This document shows positions 32,498 to 45,215 of a stretch of 64,000 nt of DNA, piece after piece. The DNA lies in assembly GCA_041671225.1 (NCBI GenBank), contig JBAZBY010000001.1, positions 174,940 through 238,939 of the forward strand, in the 5' to 3' direction. The DNA comes from Patescibacteria group bacterium. Lineage in GTDB: Bacteria; Patescibacteriota; Patescibacteriia; JBAZBY01. The stretch's first letter is position 1; each line of letters opens with the position of its first letter. The position numbers and the translations under genes are program-made. The notes under the pieces are model-generated. The model had not been told where the DNA came from. It saw only the letters and a program-made list of their open reading frames with translations, and did no database searches.

Positions 32498-35400
32498 TTA
32501 CGCCTTTTCAGGTGTGGAATCAGCTGCCTTTTCTGTTGCCTCTTCTGCTAGGGGTACAAGCTTTTCATCTTCAGCCATCATTTTTTGCGCCTTCTCCGCT
32601 TGCTCTGCTTGAAGAAGTGCTTCCTGAACGTGCGGGGCAAGAGGTTCATCTTCAATGACACGTTCTGGAAGAATGATTCTTTCAGGGTGAAGACCTGTAC
32701 CGGCTGGAATCAACTTACCAATAATGACATTTTCCTTAAGGCCACGGAGGTCATCAACACGACCAGAGACCGCAGCATCAATGAGCACGCGTGCTGTTTC
32801 TTGGAATGATGCGGCAGAGAGGAAGCTTTCAACGGACAGCGATGATTTGGTGATACCAAGCAAAAGCTGCGTAAAGACGATCTCCTTCTTGCCTTCCTTC
32901 TTCAGGCGCTTGTTTTCTTCAATAACGCGAGCCTTCTCAAGCACTTCACCAGCAAGGAACGTTGAATCACCCGGATCTTCAACGCTGATACGTGAGAACA
33001 TTTGACGCACAATGATCTCCAAATGCTTTGCATTCACTTTTTGACCCTGTGATGAATAGATGTAATGAATTTCCTTAATAATGTAGCGCGCAACAGCTTC
33101 TTGGCCTTTCAAACGATAGAGATCAAAAAGATTCACAGAACCCTCGGTGAGAAGATCGCCCGCATTGACGAGATCTCCGTTCTTTACGTAGAGCGAAAGC
33201 CCTGATGCTACTTCATATTCCTTGCCCATTCCTTCGGGATTGAGAATGATCATCTGTGGCTTGATTTCAATCGTGCCTGGTTCTTCAGAACGGAGCTTTT
33301 CAGTACCGCGGGCAGCCAAAACCTGCTTGGCCTTCACGGATTGTCCTGTTTCAACCTTCACCACCCATGCACCTTTTCCGGCAGAGCCGGATCCGGCTTC
33401 GCCGGATTTCTTGCCATCAGTAAGTGGATATTCCAATGGCTTCACCATAGGATCAAAAACGCGAAGCGTGTAACCATGCGGCTTTTCTTCTACAGTGACG
33501 CGGCCATTATTTTCTGCAAGGATTGCTGCGCGCTTCACTGGACGTGCTTCAAAGAGTTCTTCAACGCGTGGGAGACCCTGTGTAATATCCTGCCCAGCAA
33601 CACCACCCGTGTGGAAGGTGCGCATGGTCAGCTGTGTTCCCGGTTCTCCGATAGATTGTGCCGCCATAATACCGATTGCAACACCACTCTCAACAAGACG
33701 ATTGTTGGAAAGGTCTGCTCCATAACACGTGGCGCAAATACCACGTACGGCCTGACAGGTGAGTGTGGAGCGAATACGAAGTTCATCAAGATCAAGGTCT
33801 TCGATAATCGCCTCTTTTTCATCATCAATAAGTTCACCAGCCTTGATCAATGTCTTGCTGCCCTTTTTAATATCTTCCATAATCACGCGGCCCCAAGCGC
33901 GGGTCGCAACAGTTTCATCCATCCCTTGACTTTCTTCCTTTGTAAGCAAGAAACCGTCTTTATTCTTGCAATCCGCCTCGCGAACAACAACATCCTGAGC
34001 AACATCAATCAAACGACGGGTAAGGTACCCGGCACTTGCCGTACGGAGCGCGGTATCGGAAAGACCTTTACGGGCACCATGTGTTGAAATGAAATACTCC
34101 AATACATCAAAACCTTCTTTGAAGCTTCCTTTTACTGGAAGTTCAATGGTATCACCGCCTGGGTTCGTCACGAGTCCCTTCATACCCATCATCTGTGTGA
34201 TCTGTCCCCATGAACCACGGGCACCAGAACCGATCATTGCATACACCGGACCATAACGATCAAGTGCCTTCTTGCTTGATTCTGTGACATCATCTTTTAC
34301 CTTTGCCCAAATCTCAATGGTCTTTACATGGCGCTCTTCATCAGTGAGCAAACCCGCTTCATAATGATTACGCACTTCATCTACCTTCTTTTCTCCTTCA
34401 GCAAGTAATGCATCTTTATCTGCAGGAACAGGAAGATCCGCCATGCCCCACGATATGCCAGAAATAGTGAGGTAACGGAACGCGCGATTTTTGATGTTAT
34501 CCAAGAGAAGAACGGTCTCTTCAAGACCATCGTTATTCAAACTGTCTGCAATAATCTGTGCGAGTGCTTTTTTATCAAGCGTCTTATTAAGAAATGCCGC
34601 CTTCTTTGGCATCAATTCCTGAAAAAGCAAACGGCCAGCGCATGTTTCAACGATCTTTCCTTTTAAGCGCACATTAATCTTGTCTTGCACGCCAATATGG
34701 CCGAGGCGATACGACATGACGGCTTCATCCGCATCAATAAATGATGCCCGCGGTTCCATGTTTTCTCGCATGTTTGTGAGATAGAAACAACCGAGCACAA
34801 TATCCTGCGTTGGGGTTGCTACTGGCTTACCTGTTGCAGGCTTCAAAATATTTCGGCTTGAAACCATCAGGTTCTCCGCTTCCCATTTTGCCTGCTCGGT
34901 GAGCGGAACATGCACGGCCATCTGGTCACCATCAAAGTCTGCATTGAATGCTGCACATACCATTGGGTGAACCTGAATAGCCTTACCTTCAATCAGTACT
35001 GGCTGGAAAGCTTGAATACCGAGACGATGCAACGTTGGGGCGCGGTTCAAGAGAACGTGTGAGCCCTTGGTTACTTCTTCAAGAATATCCCACACGACAT
35101 CATGACTTGCTTCAATAAAACGGCTTGCAGAACGAACGTTATGGACGTATTCGCGCTTGATGAGCTTGGAAATAACAAACGGACGGAAGAGCTCGAGCGC
35201 CATCTGCTTTGGCAAACCACACTGGTTCAATTTCAGGTGAGGTCCAATGACAATAACTGAGCGGCCACTGTAATCAACGCGCTTTCCAAGAAGATTCTGA
35301 CGGAAGCGTCCCTGCTTCCCCTTCAGCATGTCGGCGATAGATTTGAGCATGCGCTTCTGGCCTGTACTCGCAGTAACCGTCTTGCCGTGTCGAGCACTAT

Positions 35401-36562
35401 TATCAATAAGCGCGTCGACTGCTTCCTGCAACATGCGCTTTTCGTTACGCTGAATGACTTCCGGCGCATTCAGTTCAATAAGCCGCTTCAAGCGATTGTT
35501 GCGGTTGATGACGCGACGGTAAAGGTCATTAAGGTCAGATGTTGCAAAACGACCACCATCAAGCTGCACCATCGGGCGCAAATCTGGTGGAATCACCGGA
35601 ACCGCAGTGGTGATCATCCATTCAGGACTGATCTTGTTGCGCAAAAGATTTTCCAAAAGTCGAATGCGGCGGTTCAGGCGCTTCTTCTTGTTCTCTGTGC
35701 TTTCTGCGGCCTCTTCGCGCAGCGCCTGCACGGTCTTTTCCATATCAACCTGCGCAAGTAATGCACGGATCGCTTCCGCGCCAATACTTGCCTCAAAGAC
35801 ATGACCATACTTGAGTGAAAGGTCTTGATACTGATTCTCAGTAAGAATAGAAAGTGGCGCCAAATCTTTGAGCTCACGCTTTGCTTCTGTTACCGCTTCC
35901 TCCAGTGTTGTAAGTTTTTCTTCCTTCAATCGCTCAAGACTTGCCAGCTCATCAATGAGTTGCTTCTCGAGTTTCTTCAATGTCACTTCACCATTTGTCT
36001 TCTGCTTCTCCGCCTCGTTGTGTTGGCGAAGTTCATTCGCCTCGCGCTGAAATTCATGCTGGAGCTGTTGATGCTTTTGCTCTGCTTCAGAATCAATTTG
36101 TGAAAGCGTATCTTTTCGGAGATTGTCATCAACCTTCGTAACAATAAAATTCGCAAAATAAATGACTTTTTCTAATTCTCCAACAGAGAGATCAAGTACC
36201 AAACCAATCTTTGACGGTACGCCGCGAAGGAACCAAATATGTGAAACCGGCGCAGAAAGGTCAATGTGACCCATGCGTTCACGACGAACAGATGCGCGCG
36301 TTACTTCAACGCCGCACTTATCACAAACGATCCCTTTATAACGGATGCGTTTGTACTTCCCGCAATAACATTCCCAATCCTTCGTTGGCCCAAAAATCTC
36401 TTCTGCAAAGAGGCCGCCTTTTTCTGGCTTCTGTGTTCGATAATTAATGGTCTCCGGTTTGGTGATCTCGCCGTGTGACCATTCGTGAATATCATCCGGA
36501 GAAGCAATCTTTAAACGAATTGCTTGAAAATCTGCCGGCTGTTGTTCCTGATGATTGTTCAT
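32498..36562 (-). CDS. rpoC: RNA polymerase beta' subunit
   Basis: [12 protein letters not shown], zinc finger [20 protein letters not shown]. Confidence 0.99.
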   Translation of the reverse strand: MNNHQEQQPADFQAIRLKIASPDDIHEWSHGEITKPETINYRTQKPEKGGLFAEEIFGPTKDWECYCGKYKRIRYKGIVCDKCGVEVTRASVRRERMGHIDLSAPVSHIWFLRGVPSKIGLVLDLSVGELEKVIYFANFIVTKVDDNLRKDTLSQIDSEAEQKHQQLQHEFQREANELRQHNEAEKQKTNGEVTLKKLEKQLIDELASLERLKEEKLTTLEEAVTEAKRELKDLAPLSILTENQYQDLSLKYGHVFEASIGAEAIRALLAQVDMEKTVQALREEAAESTENKKKRLNRRIRLLENLLRNKISPEWMITTAVPVIPPDLRPMVQLDGGRFATSDLNDLYRRVINRNNRLKRLIELNAPEVIQRNEKRMLQEAVDALIDNSARHGKTVTASTGQKRMLKSIADMLKGKQGRFRQNLLGKRVDYSGRSVIVIGPHLKLNQCGLPKQMALELFRPFVISKLIKREYVHNVRSASRFIEASHDVVWDILEEVTKGSHVLLNRAPTLHRLGIQAFQPVLIEGKAIQVHPMVCAAFNADFDGDQMAVHVPLTEQAKWEAENLMVSSRNILKPATGKPVATPTQDIVLGCFYLTNMRENMEPRASFIDADEAVMSYRLGHIGVQDKINVRLKGKIVETCAGRLLFQELMPKKAAFLNKTLDKKALAQIIADSLNNDGLEETVLLLDNIKNRAFRYLTISGISWGMADLPVPADKDALLAEGEKKVDEVRNHYEAGLLTDEERHVKTIEIWAKVKDDVTESSKKALDRYGPVYAMIGSGARGSWGQITQMMGMKGLVTNPGGDTIELPVKGSFKEGFDVLEYFISTHGARKGLSDTALRTASAGYLTRRLIDVAQDVVVREADCKNKDGFLLTKEESQGMDETVATRAWGRVIMEDIKKGSKTLIKAGELIDDEKEAIIEDLDLDELRIRSTLTCQAVRGICATCYGADLSNNRLVESGVAIGIMAAQSIGEPGTQLTMRTFHTGGVAGQDITQGLPRVEELFEARPVKRAAILAENNGRVTVEEKPHGYTLRVFDPMVKPLEYPLTDGKKSGEAGSGSAGKGAWVVKVETGQSVKAKQVLAARGTEKLRSEEPGTIEIKPQMIILNPEGMGKEYEVASGLSLYVKNGDLVNAGDLLTEGSVNLFDLYRLKGQEAVARYIIKEIHYIYSSQGQKVNAKHLEIIVRQMFSRISVEDPGDSTFLAGEVLEKARVIEENKRLKKEGKKEIVFTQLLLGITKSSLSVESFLSAASFQETARVLIDAAVSGRVDDLRGLKENVIIGKLIPAGTGLHPERIILPERVIEDEPLAPHVQEALLQAEQAEKAQKMMAEDEKLVPLAEEATEKAADSTPEKA
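33377..33406. repeat. 30-nt palindromic element in-frame within rpoC
   Basis: TCCGGCAGAGCCGGATCCGGCTTCGCCGGA, encoding [10 protein letters not shown]. Confidence 0.7.
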
Positions 36563-39500
36563 GCTTTTCCCTCTCCGGCCTTACCGGACTTATCTTCCTT
36601 CTCGTCCCTTTTTGTTGGCTTCCGATGCATGGCATCTCTGCCTGGTCGATCATGTTTATCCTTCTTCTCTTTTGGTGCACCAATAAGCTCCACATCAAGC
36701 CCGAGTCCCTGCAATTCACGAACGAGAACGTAAAATGATTCCGGAATATTGAGACGCGTAATAGGTTCACCCTTAATGACGGCTTCATACGCCTTTGAAC
36801 GGCCAATCACGTCGTCAGATTTAATGGTGAGAATTTCCTGCAATGTGTGTGCGGCGCCATAAGCCTCCAATGCCCACACTTCCATTTCTCCAAAACGCTG
36901 TCCGCCAAACTGTGCCTTACCTCCAAGCGGCTGCTGCGTGACCAAGGAATATGGGCCGATGGAGCGCTGATGGATCTTGTCTTCCACCATGTGATTGAGC
37001 TTCAGCATGTAGACCACGCCGACATTCACCTTCTGATCAAATGGCTCACCGGTGCGCCCATCAAGAAGAAGGGTCTTACCATCTTCTGAAAATCCTGCCT
37101 TCTTTAATTCCCGACGGATGATATCCTCATCCACGCCATCCAATGCCGGAGATGCTACCGTGTACCCAAGTGAATGCGCGGCCAAGCCAAGATGCGTTTC
37201 AAGAATCTGACCAAGGTTCATGCGGGATGCCACGCCAAGAGGATTCAAAATGATATCCACCGGCGTACCATCGGGGAGGAACGGGAGATCTTCTTGCGCG
37301 ACGATGCGGGAAATAACGCCTTTGTTTCCATGCCGACCGGCCATCTTGTCACCAACCTGAATCTTACGCAGCTGCGCAATAGAAACCTGAATGGACTTCG
37401 TCACACCAGATGGGAGTTTATCACCGTTCTGGCGTGAGAAGATCTTAATATCCACGACCTTACCGTGTTCGCCATGTTCAAGATACAGCGAGCTATCCTT
37501 CACGTCTTTTGCCTTCTCGCCAAAAATCGCGCGGAGGAGCTTTTCTTCTGCTGAGAGTTCGGTTTCACCTTTTGGCGTGATCTTTCCGACGAGAATATCG
37601 CCGGACTTCACGCTGGCGCCAATACGAACAACGCCTTCTTCATCAAGATCTTTCAGTTTCTCTTCAGAAACATTCGGGATATCCCTGGTGACGGTCTCAG
37701 GACCAAGTTTGGTGTCTCGTACGTCGATCGTATATTCATCGATGTGGACGGAAGAGTAGCGGTCTTCTTTAACGAGATTCTCAGAAATGAGAATAGCGTC
37801 TTCGAAGTTTCCACCCTCCCAAGGCAAGAAGGCCACAAGAATGTTTTGACCGAGAGCGAGTTCACCGTTATCAGTCGCGGGACCGTCGGCAAGGACATCA
37901 CCCTTTTTAACTTTTTGATTAATATCAACAATTGGTTGCTGGTTGATCGCGGTTGATGCGTTGGAACGAACGAACTTGCGCAACACATGCTTCTCTATTT
38001 TTCCGTCTGACCCAGTAATATGAATCTCTTGCCCATCCACGCGAGTAATCTCACCGTCCTGGCCGGCAATGGCGACGGCGCCGGAATCATATGCCGCACG
38101 ACGTTCAACGCCCGTACCAACAACTGGCGCCTGCGGCTTCACGAGCGCCACGGCCTGACGTTGCATATTTGTTCCCATTAATGCGCGAACAGCATCATCA
38201 TGTTCAAGGAAGGGAATAAGCGACGTTGTCACAGAAACAATCTGCTTTGGTGAAACGTCAATATAATCAACTTCCGTCACATCTGCCGTTGTTGGTTCGC
38301 CATGGCGTCGCACTTCAACGCGCTCTTTCAGTATGTAACCCTTTTCATCAACGGGCGTGGTTGCCGCAGTGGTAACAAATTTCTCTTCTGTAAATGCATC
38401 AAGGAATTCAATTTGGCCAGAAACGCGCGGCTTGATCTTTACCGTCTCAATGCGTGATGCGGCGATTTTCTTTGCAGCATCCGCCGTAATCTCTTCACCA
38501 TCTTTAACGAGAACCGTCTCGCCATCCTTCACATCACCGCGTGCGATTTCGCCAATGAGATGCTCATCATTCTTTTTCAGCTCTCGAATGATTTTTACAA
38601 ACGGCGTTTCAATGAAGCCATAGTCATTGATCTGCGCGTAGGAAGCCAAATGACCAACAAGCCCGATGTTCGGACCTTCTGGCGTGGCGATCGGGCAGAT
38701 GCGTCCATAATGCGTGCGGTGCACATCGCGAACATCAAATCCTGCACGCTCACGAGAAAGACCACCGGGACCCATGGCGGAGAGGCGACGCTTGTGTTCG
38801 AGTTCTGCGAGCGGATTGGTCTGATCCATGAACTGTGAAAGTTGCGAGCTCATGAAGAACTCCTTGATTGAGCCAATGACCGGACGCGCGTTAATCAGCT
38901 GGTTCGGAGTAATCGTTGCAATATCTTGCGTGGACATGCGATCGCGCACAATGCGCTCCATGCGAGCAAGGCCAACACGGAACTTATTCTGCACGAGTTC
39001 GCCAATTGCTCTCACGCGACGGTTGCCAAGATGATCAATATCATCTGCGTCTGCCTGGCTGTTGTTGAGCTTGATGATCTCTTTCACAATCATCACCAAG
39101 TCTTCCTTCTGGAATACGCGGTGTTCTTTGTTGTTTGGCTTGTTGGTATTAAAACGAGAATTCAGCTTGTAGCGACCAACGCGTCCAAAATCATAACGGT
39201 CAAAACTGAAGAACATCTTATGAATGAGTTCGCGTGCATTCTCAGTTGTTGCGAGATCGCCTGGACGAATACGCTTGTATACTTCTTTTAATCCCTCTGC
39301 TTCAGAACGAGAAGGATCCTTTTCTATCGTCGCTTCGATATGACGTCGTTCTGGGTGGTTGTCAGTATCCTGAAAAAGTCCAAGGATCTCTTCATCACTC
39401 GTGTATCCAAATGCACGCATGAGTGCGGTCACAGGCACTTTACGTTTGCGATCGATCTTAACAGAGATCACATTATTCGCGTCGGTCTCCAGCTCAAGCC

Positions 39501-39987
39501 ATGCACCGCGGTTTGGGATGATCTTTGCGCCATAGTATTTGCGGCCGCGTACGAATTCTGAAGTGAAGAATACACCGCTTGAACGGATCAATTGAGAAAC
39601 AACGACGCGTTCAATACCATTAACAATAAACGTCCCGCGATCGGTCATCAGCGGGAAGTCTCCAAGATAAATTTCCTGTTCCTTGATTTCTCCGGTCTTC
39701 TTGTTCACCAAGCGAACCTGCACGCGCAATGGCGCTTCAAACGTTACGTTCTTTTCCTTCGCGGTAACCTCGTCAAACTTCGGATCGTCGAGATAGTAAT
39801 CAACAAAATACAATTCAAGGTCGCGACCAATGAAGTCCTGAATGGGGGAAATCTCATCAAAAAGTTCCTTGAGGCCATCGCGGAAAAACCAGTCATATGA
39901 CCGTTTCTGTATCTCTATAAGGTCCGGCAATGGGACCGCTTCATTGATAGTCGTAAAGAAACGACGTTCAGTCTTGTGTTCAGGCAT
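36559..39987 (-). CDS. rpoB: RNA polymerase beta subunit
   Basis: [30 protein letters not shown]. Confidence 0.99.
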   Translation of the reverse strand: MPEHKTERRFFTTINEAVPLPDLIEIQKRSYDWFFRDGLKELFDEISPIQDFIGRDLELYFVDYYLDDPKFDEVTAKEKNVTFEAPLRVQVRLVNKKTGEIKEQEIYLGDFPLMTDRGTFIVNGIERVVVSQLIRSSGVFFTSEFVRGRKYYGAKIIPNRGAWLELETDANNVISVKIDRKRKVPVTALMRAFGYTSDEEILGLFQDTDNHPERRHIEATIEKDPSRSEAEGLKEVYKRIRPGDLATTENARELIHKMFFSFDRYDFGRVGRYKLNSRFNTNKPNNKEHRVFQKEDLVMIVKEIIKLNNSQADADDIDHLGNRRVRAIGELVQNKFRVGLARMERIVRDRMSTQDIATITPNQLINARPVIGSIKEFFMSSQLSQFMDQTNPLAELEHKRRLSAMGPGGLSRERAGFDVRDVHRTHYGRICPIATPEGPNIGLVGHLASYAQINDYGFIETPFVKIIRELKKNDEHLIGEIARGDVKDGETVLVKDGEEITADAAKKIAASRIETVKIKPRVSGQIEFLDAFTEEKFVTTAATTPVDEKGYILKERVEVRRHGEPTTADVTEVDYIDVSPKQIVSVTTSLIPFLEHDDAVRALMGTNMQRQAVALVKPQAPVVGTGVERRAAYDSGAVAIAGQDGEITRVDGQEIHITGSDGKIEKHVLRKFVRSNASTAINQQPIVDINQKVKKGDVLADGPATDNGELALGQNILVAFLPWEGGNFEDAILISENLVKEDRYSSVHIDEYTIDVRDTKLGPETVTRDIPNVSEEKLKDLDEEGVVRIGASVKSGDILVGKITPKGETELSAEEKLLRAIFGEKAKDVKDSSLYLEHGEHGKVVDIKIFSRQNGDKLPSGVTKSIQVSIAQLRKIQVGDKMAGRHGNKGVISRIVAQEDLPFLPDGTPVDIILNPLGVASRMNLGQILETHLGLAAHSLGYTVASPALDGVDEDIIRRELKKAGFSEDGKTLLLDGRTGEPFDQKVNVGVVYMLKLNHMVEDKIHQRSIGPYSLVTQQPLGGKAQFGGQRFGEMEVWALEAYGAAHTLQEILTIKSDDVIGRSKAYEAVIKGEPITRLNIPESFYVLVRELQGLGLDVELIGAPKEKKDKHDRPGRDAMHRKPTKRDEKEDKSGKAGEGKA

Positions 39988-40284
39988 ACAAAGACACAGA
40001 GCCACCCTTCCCCGCGTTGGGCTGCTCGGGGTTACTTCTGTTTACTTGTGTACGAATGTAATAAAATTCGCTCGAAACCTCAATAAATGCAAGGAGGCGA
40101 ATATGAATAGTTGCGGAAGCTACAAAACACTATACCTTCGTCAAGCCCTATGTGTCAAGTCAAGAACACTAAATCGAAATTTGGCAAGTATAGCCCAAAA
40201 AATAGCTTATATCAGCAAAATTACTAAAAGGACAAAAAGTGTGCCCTCACGCTTGCTGAAATCTTGTCCTCATGTTTTCCACAC

Positions 40285-43200
40285 CTACGGCGCAAAATGC
40301 CCCATGGTGATAGAAAGACCGCCACGAAAACTTGGCGCATACGCATAATAAGAAAGAATGCGTTGCAGTGTTGTCTCATTTTTCTTCACAAACACAAACA
40401 CGCCAGGTGCGCCATCTTTATACGTGCTGGTGAGTATTTCTGCCGTGTTATCAAAGCCATAAAGATCCCCTGCGGTAACGTTCGCGCCACCACGGAATCC
40501 CTCAGATGCGGCAAAGAAATTGCGTAAAAAAGTTCCTGTGGGGCTAAAGATCTTTACTTCTGCCGGGTAACCGCCTGTCGTGGGGCTCAAAATAATCTCT
40601 GGAATACCATCATCACCTATAATGTCTCCTGTAGTGATGGACATACCGCCGCGTCGTGTGGATGAATACGCAAAGAACTGCGCAGAAACACGTGCACCAG
40701 AACGAGAAAGGGTAAACACGCGTATGTGAGGGCCGCCACGATCCGCAGGCGCGACCACCACGGAATCACGTCCATCGTTATCAAAGTCTGCTGTAGTGAG
40801 ATTCACGCCACCTCGAAAACCCTCATCATACGCCCAAAACTGGGCTTCCAACTTTCCGCGTCCATTAAACACCCGCACAACCGGTCCCCCGCCACTTGCG
40901 GGCGTCACAAGAATTTCATCCTTGCCATCACCATCCACATCACCTGTTGCAACGTTCACTCCGCCACGAAAAGTTTCTGGAAGCGCGAAGAATTGACCGA
41001 GCACAACGCCGCGTCTATTAAAAATGCGAATATGAGGACCGCCGCCGCGTCCCGGTGCAGTAATAATCTCATCATAGCCGTCACCATCCACATCACCTGT
41101 TGCAACGCTTACTCCGCCACGGAAGTTTGGATTGTATGCAAAGAACTGACCCGTGAGATTCCCAAGATAATCAAAGATGCGGACATGAGGGCCGCCACCA
41201 GCTCCGGCGCCAGCAACAACCTGTAATACTTTTTTCATGGTGAATGTTGTTGTTGCGGGAACAGGGTCGTCATTGCCAGCCTCATCAACAGCGCTCACGG
41301 CAAATGTATGTTCTCCGTTCGTAAGATCAGAAAAAATATGCTCCGTACGATTTGTATACAGCGTCCAGTTCCCATCATCAATCTTATAACGAAAACGAAT
41401 ATCCTTCTTGGCGGTGATATCATCGTTTCCTGACCATTGCATCACAACATTCCCTGTATAAAAAATGGAGACGTGTGAAGCGATGGCTGTATCCGGCGGA
41501 TTGGGATCCTCAGGCCCTCCAACGGGATCCGCATTGATTTTTGGTGGCGGCACGCTATCGCACTGGCGCGCAATGAGTGATGACGGCGGGTTCACGTCAC
41601 AAGATTTTGTGTCTGTACAAGTACGTATCTGTTCATTATTGAGACATTCAGACCAGTCGCCACAATTCCATTTTGGCGAACAAGAAATTTGTGGTGGAGT
41701 ACAAACCTGTGCAAGCGCAGGCCGATTCATGATGGTCCCGCAATCATGAGCATCGGTGCAGGTGCGGGACTGCACTCCTGCAGTACTACACGTGCTCCAT
41801 GTGCCACAACCCCAATCTTCCACGCATACCGTTGGCACGTCTGGCGCCACGGGGATCAACACTGCCGCCTCATTATTCTCAAGTGCAATGCTGGTAAGAA
41901 TCGTACTATCCAATATTCCGTCCGCGCCCAAACGGCGATACTCCCCGCCAAGATCGTGAGTGGTACGCGAAGCAACTCCAAGATAACCCCCATATTCCCG
42001 ATACTTCACCAGTACCAATGCATTGGAATATTGCCGAGCAAAAAGATGATAATTTCTTGTGGTGCCGCTGGTAATCTGACTTGGCGTGCTGGGATCAATG
42101 CCCGTTGCAAGTTCAAAGTGTTCTATGGTACCGCTATTGCCAAAGACATCCTGCTTCCCGAACGTATTGGCGATCGGCGTTCCGATGTCATAATCGATCG
42201 CTGGGATCCAAAGATAATCCTCAACCGGCCCTGTCGGCCAAAAATTCCCATCCTTGTTCCATCCCGTAAAATCGAGATAGGCAAAGGAGAGGTTCTTGTT
42301 GTTCACAAGATAAAAGTTCGCGAGAACGAACATCTGCGCCTTTGATGTGTTGACGGTAGATTCATTGACCCCTTTCAGATAGAACTTCTGCCCGGCAAGT
42401 GAATCACTCAACATCTTCTTGGTGTCTTGATAATCCGAATTATACGTCAGCGCGCGCGGAACGCCGCCGCTCGGCTGGTTCAAGTCATTCCATGTGAGCC
42501 ATGCTTCAATTTCAACCGGGTTGTTCAGGCTCTGATACCCGGCATAAAAATATGGATGAAAATACCAGTAGAGTGCGCGGGCATTCGGGATGACCTGCTT
42601 TTCTTTTCCAAAATAATTCGAGACGTACGTTGCCATGTTCCGCTGCGCATCGAATGCCTCCTGAATGCGGGGGTGATTGCCATCCAATGGAATGCCGTAA
42701 TACTCGACTGATTTGTCGAACGCCGAACCGCCCGGATAAAAATCCCCGTTGTCTGAAAGCACATTATCCGCCTCTGCGCCGCCAGACTCCATTGTGGTCG
42801 CAACTGCCTCATTGTTAAATGCGACCCAGTTCTGATTGCTGAATTTCACGTCTGACCATATCAATAACCAAGCATTCGGCGCTCTGGATTCTGCGCGGCT
42901 TGCTGCCGTTGCGGCAGGCGTACAGTTCGGTGAACACGATGCATTCCACCCCTTAAATGACTGACAGTTCCTAAAGTAATCGCATCGCGTACCGACATCA
43001 TCACGAAAATGAATGATCAGATCCTGCGGATCACATGCCGGCGACTGCGCCGCACACCAACTCGTGACACTCCCTGCAAATTCGCTATCGGTAAATGCGC
43101 TATAATTCCGATAATTTCCCAGCGTCACCTGGGGATTCAAAGCCTTATATGCCGCCTTGAATGCAGTGTGAGAAAATACTTGGTCAAAATGAAGTGCTTT

Positions 43201-43653
43201 GAATGTGGTATCAACAAGCCCCGCATCATCATACCGAAGGTCATGCGTGTGTGTTTTGATATGCGGACGGAGCGTACAGGAACCATCGCCCCATACATAA
43301 TACCCCGTAGGGCAGCCGCAGGAAGCACTGTCTTTGATAAGTATTCCATCTTCGCAATACCACGGACGATCTGCGGAATCGCCGGTGCGTTGCACAACGC
43401 ATTGCCCATGAGCGGTACCATCACTGCACCCGACCGTTGCCGCTGCAAATGATGCCCCAAGTTCATCAACACTCAGCCCATCTGGCTGCAAATCAATAAT
43501 TCCAGCAACAGAAAAAAGTGCTCCAAAAAATACAATAAAAAGAAGCACTCCCGTCGAAATCTGAACACCAAAACCAAGCCGCGCGGCAGTACTGGTCTGC
43601 TGCGCAATCCCGATGTGTACCTGTAATCTCTTATGTAGTGACTTTTTGATCAT
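40285..43653 (-). CDS. Large surface protein: TM, putative glycoside-hydrolase-like domain, Cys/Trp repeats, Ig-like domain, FG-GAP-like propeller
   Basis: Repeated FFAY..FRGGV.VATGDVDGDG.DEI..PG.GGGPH; two WxCxxWSxC repeats; FARQYSNALVLV segment. Confidence 0.85.
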   Translation of the reverse strand: MIKKSLHKRLQVHIGIAQQTSTAARLGFGVQISTGVLLFIVFFGALFSVAGIIDLQPDGLSVDELGASFAAATVGCSDGTAHGQCVVQRTGDSADRPWYCEDGILIKDSASCGCPTGYYVWGDGSCTLRPHIKTHTHDLRYDDAGLVDTTFKALHFDQVFSHTAFKAAYKALNPQVTLGNYRNYSAFTDSEFAGSVTSWCAAQSPACDPQDLIIHFRDDVGTRCDYFRNCQSFKGWNASCSPNCTPAATAASRAESRAPNAWLLIWSDVKFSNQNWVAFNNEAVATTMESGGAEADNVLSDNGDFYPGGSAFDKSVEYYGIPLDGNHPRIQEAFDAQRNMATYVSNYFGKEKQVIPNARALYWYFHPYFYAGYQSLNNPVEIEAWLTWNDLNQPSGGVPRALTYNSDYQDTKKMLSDSLAGQKFYLKGVNESTVNTSKAQMFVLANFYLVNNKNLSFAYLDFTGWNKDGNFWPTGPVEDYLWIPAIDYDIGTPIANTFGKQDVFGNSGTIEHFELATGIDPSTPSQITSGTTRNYHLFARQYSNALVLVKYREYGGYLGVASRTTHDLGGEYRRLGADGILDSTILTSIALENNEAAVLIPVAPDVPTVCVEDWGCGTWSTCSTAGVQSRTCTDAHDCGTIMNRPALAQVCTPPQISCSPKWNCGDWSECLNNEQIRTCTDTKSCDVNPPSSLIARQCDSVPPPKINADPVGGPEDPNPPDTAIASHVSIFYTGNVVMQWSGNDDITAKKDIRFRYKIDDGNWTLYTNRTEHIFSDLTNGEHTFAVSAVDEAGNDDPVPATTTFTMKKVLQVVAGAGAGGGPHVRIFDYLGNLTGQFFAYNPNFRGGVSVATGDVDGDGYDEIITAPGRGGGPHIRIFNRRGVVLGQFFALPETFRGGVNVATGDVDGDGKDEILVTPASGGGPVVRVFNGRGKLEAQFWAYDEGFRGGVNLTTADFDNDGRDSVVVAPADRGGPHIRVFTLSRSGARVSAQFFAYSSTRRGGMSITTGDIIGDDGIPEIILSPTTGGYPAEVKIFSPTGTFLRNFFAASEGFRGGANVTAGDLYGFDNTAEILTSTYKDGAPGVFVFVKKNETTLQRILSYYAYAPSFRGGLSITMGHFAP

Positions 43654-44968
43654 GAAGTAGTTCGCGGATCACGGTACGGTCATCCCACGGAACCTTTCTC
43701 CCTCCAGCAACAACCATTGCCTGCTCTGAACCCTTGCCGGTTACCAGAACAAGATCACCCAGCGCGGCCAATGAAAGTGCTTTGGCAATGCCTTCACGTC
43801 TATCAAGAATCAGGAAAAGATCCTTCCCTTCTATCTTACCAGCTTCCTGCGCTCCCTGCGATACGTCCTTGATAATCTGCATCGGATCATCATCATACGG
43901 ATCCTCATTCGTCACAATGACCATTGCGGCATTCTCTGCTGCAAGCTTTCCCAAAATTGGCCGCCGAGATATATCGCGACCGCCGCCCGTTGAACCCAGC
44001 ACATGCACAATACGCTTATAGGGAAGCTTCTTTAAGAAGACATACAGTTGTGTGAGTGATGCGGGTTCTGGGGCATAATCTACCATCACGGCAAAAGGCT
44101 TTTTCTGTACAAACTCAAAACGTCCGGGCACGCCTTCTATCTTTGCAATTGCGCGTATTCCTGTTTCAAGAGAAATGCCGAGTGGCTCAACTGCTGCGAG
44201 AGCCGCAAGTGCATTTTGCACGTTCACCTCACCAAGGAGTTTTAACGACGCGCGCTGTCCATTCACGGTGAACCTGCTCCCCTCAGCGAGCACAGCAACA
44301 TCTTTTGCCGCAAACACAGCATCAAAACGCTCCCGCCCAAAAGCACCATGCCGTGTCTCATCAACAAAGCCAACATAATGCTCTGCCATAAAAGTACGGA
44401 AGAATGTTGCCTCAGGGTCGCCAATATTCACTACGCTCGTTTTTAAAATCTTTTTGCCGTTCAGCCTTTTCTTTTTTGTGTGCTTCAATGTGGCAAAGAG
44501 TTCTCCCTTCGCAGACCGATACGCCGCGTAAGATCCATGGGACTGAATATGCTCCGGCGTGAGATTCGTAAACACCGCGACATCGTATGCGATATGCGTA
44601 TGACGATACTGCATGATGCCCTCTGATGATGTTTCAATCACGGCAATCTCACACATACGACGCACCATGTTATGCAACATCCGCTGCAAACCAAAACGGC
44701 CGAGCATTGTCATTTTGGTGTTGTTGAGCTTCTGCTCTTTGCCAACCTGAAACTCCACTGTTGACGTTACGCCGACGGTATAGCCCGCTTCCTCGCAAAT
44801 ACGCGCGATCAAATGCACAACCGTCGACTTGCCGTTTGTTCCTGTTACGCCAATCACAATGAGTCGGTCACCGGGAAATCGAAAAAGAAGCGCGGCCATC
44901 CACGCCATGATGCGGTGATACAGCTGCAACAACACGTGCGGCAGAAAACCTCTGAGCAGAGAACGCAT
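43631..44968 (-). CDS. murE: UDP-N-acetylmuramyl-tripeptide synthetase (Mur ligase)
   Basis: GVTGTNGKST, ETSSEG, TNLTPEH, DYAPEP, NEDP, GKGSE. Confidence 0.88.
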   Translation of the reverse strand: MRSLLRGFLPHVLLQLYHRIMAWMAALLFRFPGDRLIVIGVTGTNGKSTVVHLIARICEEAGYTVGVTSTVEFQVGKEQKLNNTKMTMLGRFGLQRMLHNMVRRMCEIAVIETSSEGIMQYRHTHIAYDVAVFTNLTPEHIQSHGSYAAYRSAKGELFATLKHTKKKRLNGKKILKTSVVNIGDPEATFFRTFMAEHYVGFVDETRHGAFGRERFDAVFAAKDVAVLAEGSRFTVNGQRASLKLLGEVNVQNALAALAAVEPLGISLETGIRAIAKIEGVPGRFEFVQKKPFAVMVDYAPEPASLTQLYVFLKKLPYKRIVHVLGSTGGGRDISRRPILGKLAAENAAMVIVTNEDPYDDDPMQIIKDVSQGAQEAGKIEGKDLFLILDRREGIAKALSLAALGDLVLVTGKGSEQAMVVAGGRKVPWDDRTVIRELLHDQKVTT

Positions 44969-44969
44969 A

Positions 44970-45215
44970 CTAATAATTTTTAATGTCTTCTGTGTCGTCG
45001 TCCTCAATGACATTCACAGAATATGTCAGATTCTTGTTACGAACCAATTCGTGTTTACGATCCTTGAACTCAAACGGCGCAACGCCAAACATCTTTGCCT
45101 GAAAAAATAATCCTTCAACAAATTCTTTATCCGCATTGCGAAGGAACTCAATGGCATCTTCATCACCAACAACCTGGTGGACATTAATAAGAACGGGTCT
45201 TTTGATTGGTTTCAT
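44970..45215 (-). CDS. Small hypothetical protein (paralog of 45215-45442)
   Basis: 81-aa ORF; ATG overlaps the upstream stop; aligns with its neighbour. Confidence 0.7.
   Translation of the reverse strand: MKPIKRPVLINVHQVVGDEDAIEFLRNADKEFVEGLFFQAKMFGVAPFEFKDRKHELVRNKNLTYSVNVIEDDDTEDIKNY

Noticed and set aside
40480-41220. Recurring DNA repeats as a CRISPR array or DGR
   Set aside because: They are the coding FG-GAP-like repeats. No spacers, cas genes or reverse transcriptase are present.
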